Source of the DNA: a virus
Taxonomy: Duplodnaviria; Heunggongvirae; Uroviricota; Caudoviricetes
Direction: 5' to 3' (one strand)
IMG/VR virus record: IMGVR_UViG_3300029590_000324
Length of the DNA: 64,000 nucleotides
The notes below the pieces were generated by a model. That model saw only the letters and a list, made by a program, of their open reading frames with translations. It made no database searches and was not told where the DNA came from. The position numbers were made by a program, and so were the translations under genes. This document shows, piece by piece, positions 63,236-64,000 of this stretch (position 1 is the first letter of the stretch; every line of letters begins with the position of its first letter).

Positions 63236-64000
63236 ATGGATTTTTCAAAGCTGAATTTCGGCGTGGACGGCGACAGCATCACAGCAGGGGAGCAGTGGTC
63301 GTATCACGTATATAAAGAGCTGGGAATGGCTTCCCATCACAATGTTGCCGTAGGCAGCTCCGTTTGGTACAAGCGCACTATCGCGTACAGCGGCGGAAGC
63401 GTTACCACTCAGGATTATACTTCTCCCGATTTTGCTGGCATCAGCGACGGCTGGGAGGAAACTGACGACCCTGTTGAGCTTCAGAAGAGAGCCAACAACT
63501 GCGCTGTCGTTCATACCCAGCGCTTTATTGAAGAGGTAAAGAGCGGAAAGGCTCCCGTGCCCGATGTGTTCGCTTTTGCAATGGGCACAAATGACGCTGA
63601 GGACTGCCTTGGCTGCCCCGATAAGGCTCTGGAGGGCAAGACCCTTGAAGGCAATGAAAGCGTTGACCTTTTCACCGAGGCAGGCGCAGCAAGATGGTGC
63701 ATACAGCGCATTATGGAGGAGTTCCCACTCTGCCGTGTGTTCGTGCTCACACCTATCCAGACCGCAACACCCGAGCATAACAAAAAGATCGAAAAGACTA
63801 TCGAGGTGCTTCGCAAGGTAGCGGGCGGAATGAGCGCACAGGTCATCGACTGCTTCCACAACAGCGGTATCTGCGAGAAGTTCGAGGTGATCGGCGGCAC
63901 GGGAAAATATCTTCGTGACGGACTTCACCCCGATGTTCCCGGTCAGACCCTCGAGGGAATGTATGCCGCCAAGGAGATACGCAACAATATGTTCAACTGA
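63236..64000 (+). CDS. SGNH/GDSL-family hydrolase
   Basis: N-terminal GVDGDSITAGE (GDSx block I); 254 aa ending exactly at the window edge with a stop codon. Confidence 0.55.
   Translation: MDFSKLNFGVDGDSITAGEQWSYHVYKELGMASHHNVAVGSSVWYKRTIAYSGGSVTTQDYTSPDFAGISDGWEETDDPVELQKRANNCAVVHTQRFIEEVKSGKAPVPDVFAFAMGTNDAEDCLGCPDKALEGKTLEGNESVDLFTEAGAARWCIQRIMEEFPLCRVFVLTPIQTATPEHNKKIEKTIEVLRKVAGGMSAQVIDCFHNSGICEKFEVIGGTGKYLRDGLHPDVPGQTLEGMYAAKEIRNNMFN

Overview
The window reads as part of a large phage or prophage genome from a low-GC Firmicutes/Clostridia-type host. Supporting signs: AGGAGG ribosome-binding sites throughout, anaerobic class III ribonucleotide reductase genes, and a type I-C-like CRISPR repeat. 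Almost every gene is on the + strand and no capsid, tail or terminase genes are visible. Layout, left to right: (1) 225-11675, a run of small early-type genes that includes a non-DGR reverse transcriptase with two translationally coupled downstream genes (1292-3978), followed by a 1.5-kb non-coding array of nine conserved palindromic motifs alternating with unique GC-rich hairpins (4080-5570). (2) 11672-13040 (- strand), a lysogeny switch: an ImmA-like HEXXH metallopeptidase and a LexA/CI-like S24 repressor, with a divergent promoter/operator region. (3) 13323-18231, a moron-like island: a HicA-like toxin, an operon ending in a MazF/PemK-family RNase, and a DGQHR (DndB/ParB-like) protein with an overlapping partner gene. 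(4) 18533-21227, a tRNA cluster (Lys, Ser, Gln and three Leu). It contains an AAAGTTCA repeat tract and an unexplained ORF-free ~750-bp region that may encode a structured RNA, and an IS200/IS605-family TnpB-only element sits at its downstream end (21290-22600). (5) 23128-27625, an NAD+ module: nicotinamidase, a Prs-like enzyme adjacent to a NAMPT-like enzyme (resembling the phage NARP1 pair), a HAD phosphatase and NadE. (6) 29040-41430, a replication/recombination module: HNH-AP2 endonuclease, Sak4-like ATPase, DnaB-like helicase, primase, Cas4-like exonuclease, DnaE, ERCC4-like nuclease, ATP-dependent ligase, N6-adenine methyltransferase and an HD hydrolase. (7) 42375-46407: ThyX, a nucleotide kinase and a fused kinase-phosphatase-ligase Pnkp (RNA repair). 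(8) 46407-61361: many small proteins, NrdD/NrdG, dUTPase, an SPFH-domain protein and an excisionase-like HTH protein. (9) 61739-62356, an orphan 10-repeat CRISPR array with type I-C-like repeats and no cas genes in view. It is followed by a membrane protein and an SGNH hydrolase that may belong to the host. Strong sigma70-like promoters carrying a shared CCCTTGACATATTGGATATAAT element recur across the element. Candidates for a previously undescribed system are the RT module with its neighbouring hairpin-repeat array, the MazF-terminated operon, the DGQHR pair and the unexplained structured region within the tRNA cluster.
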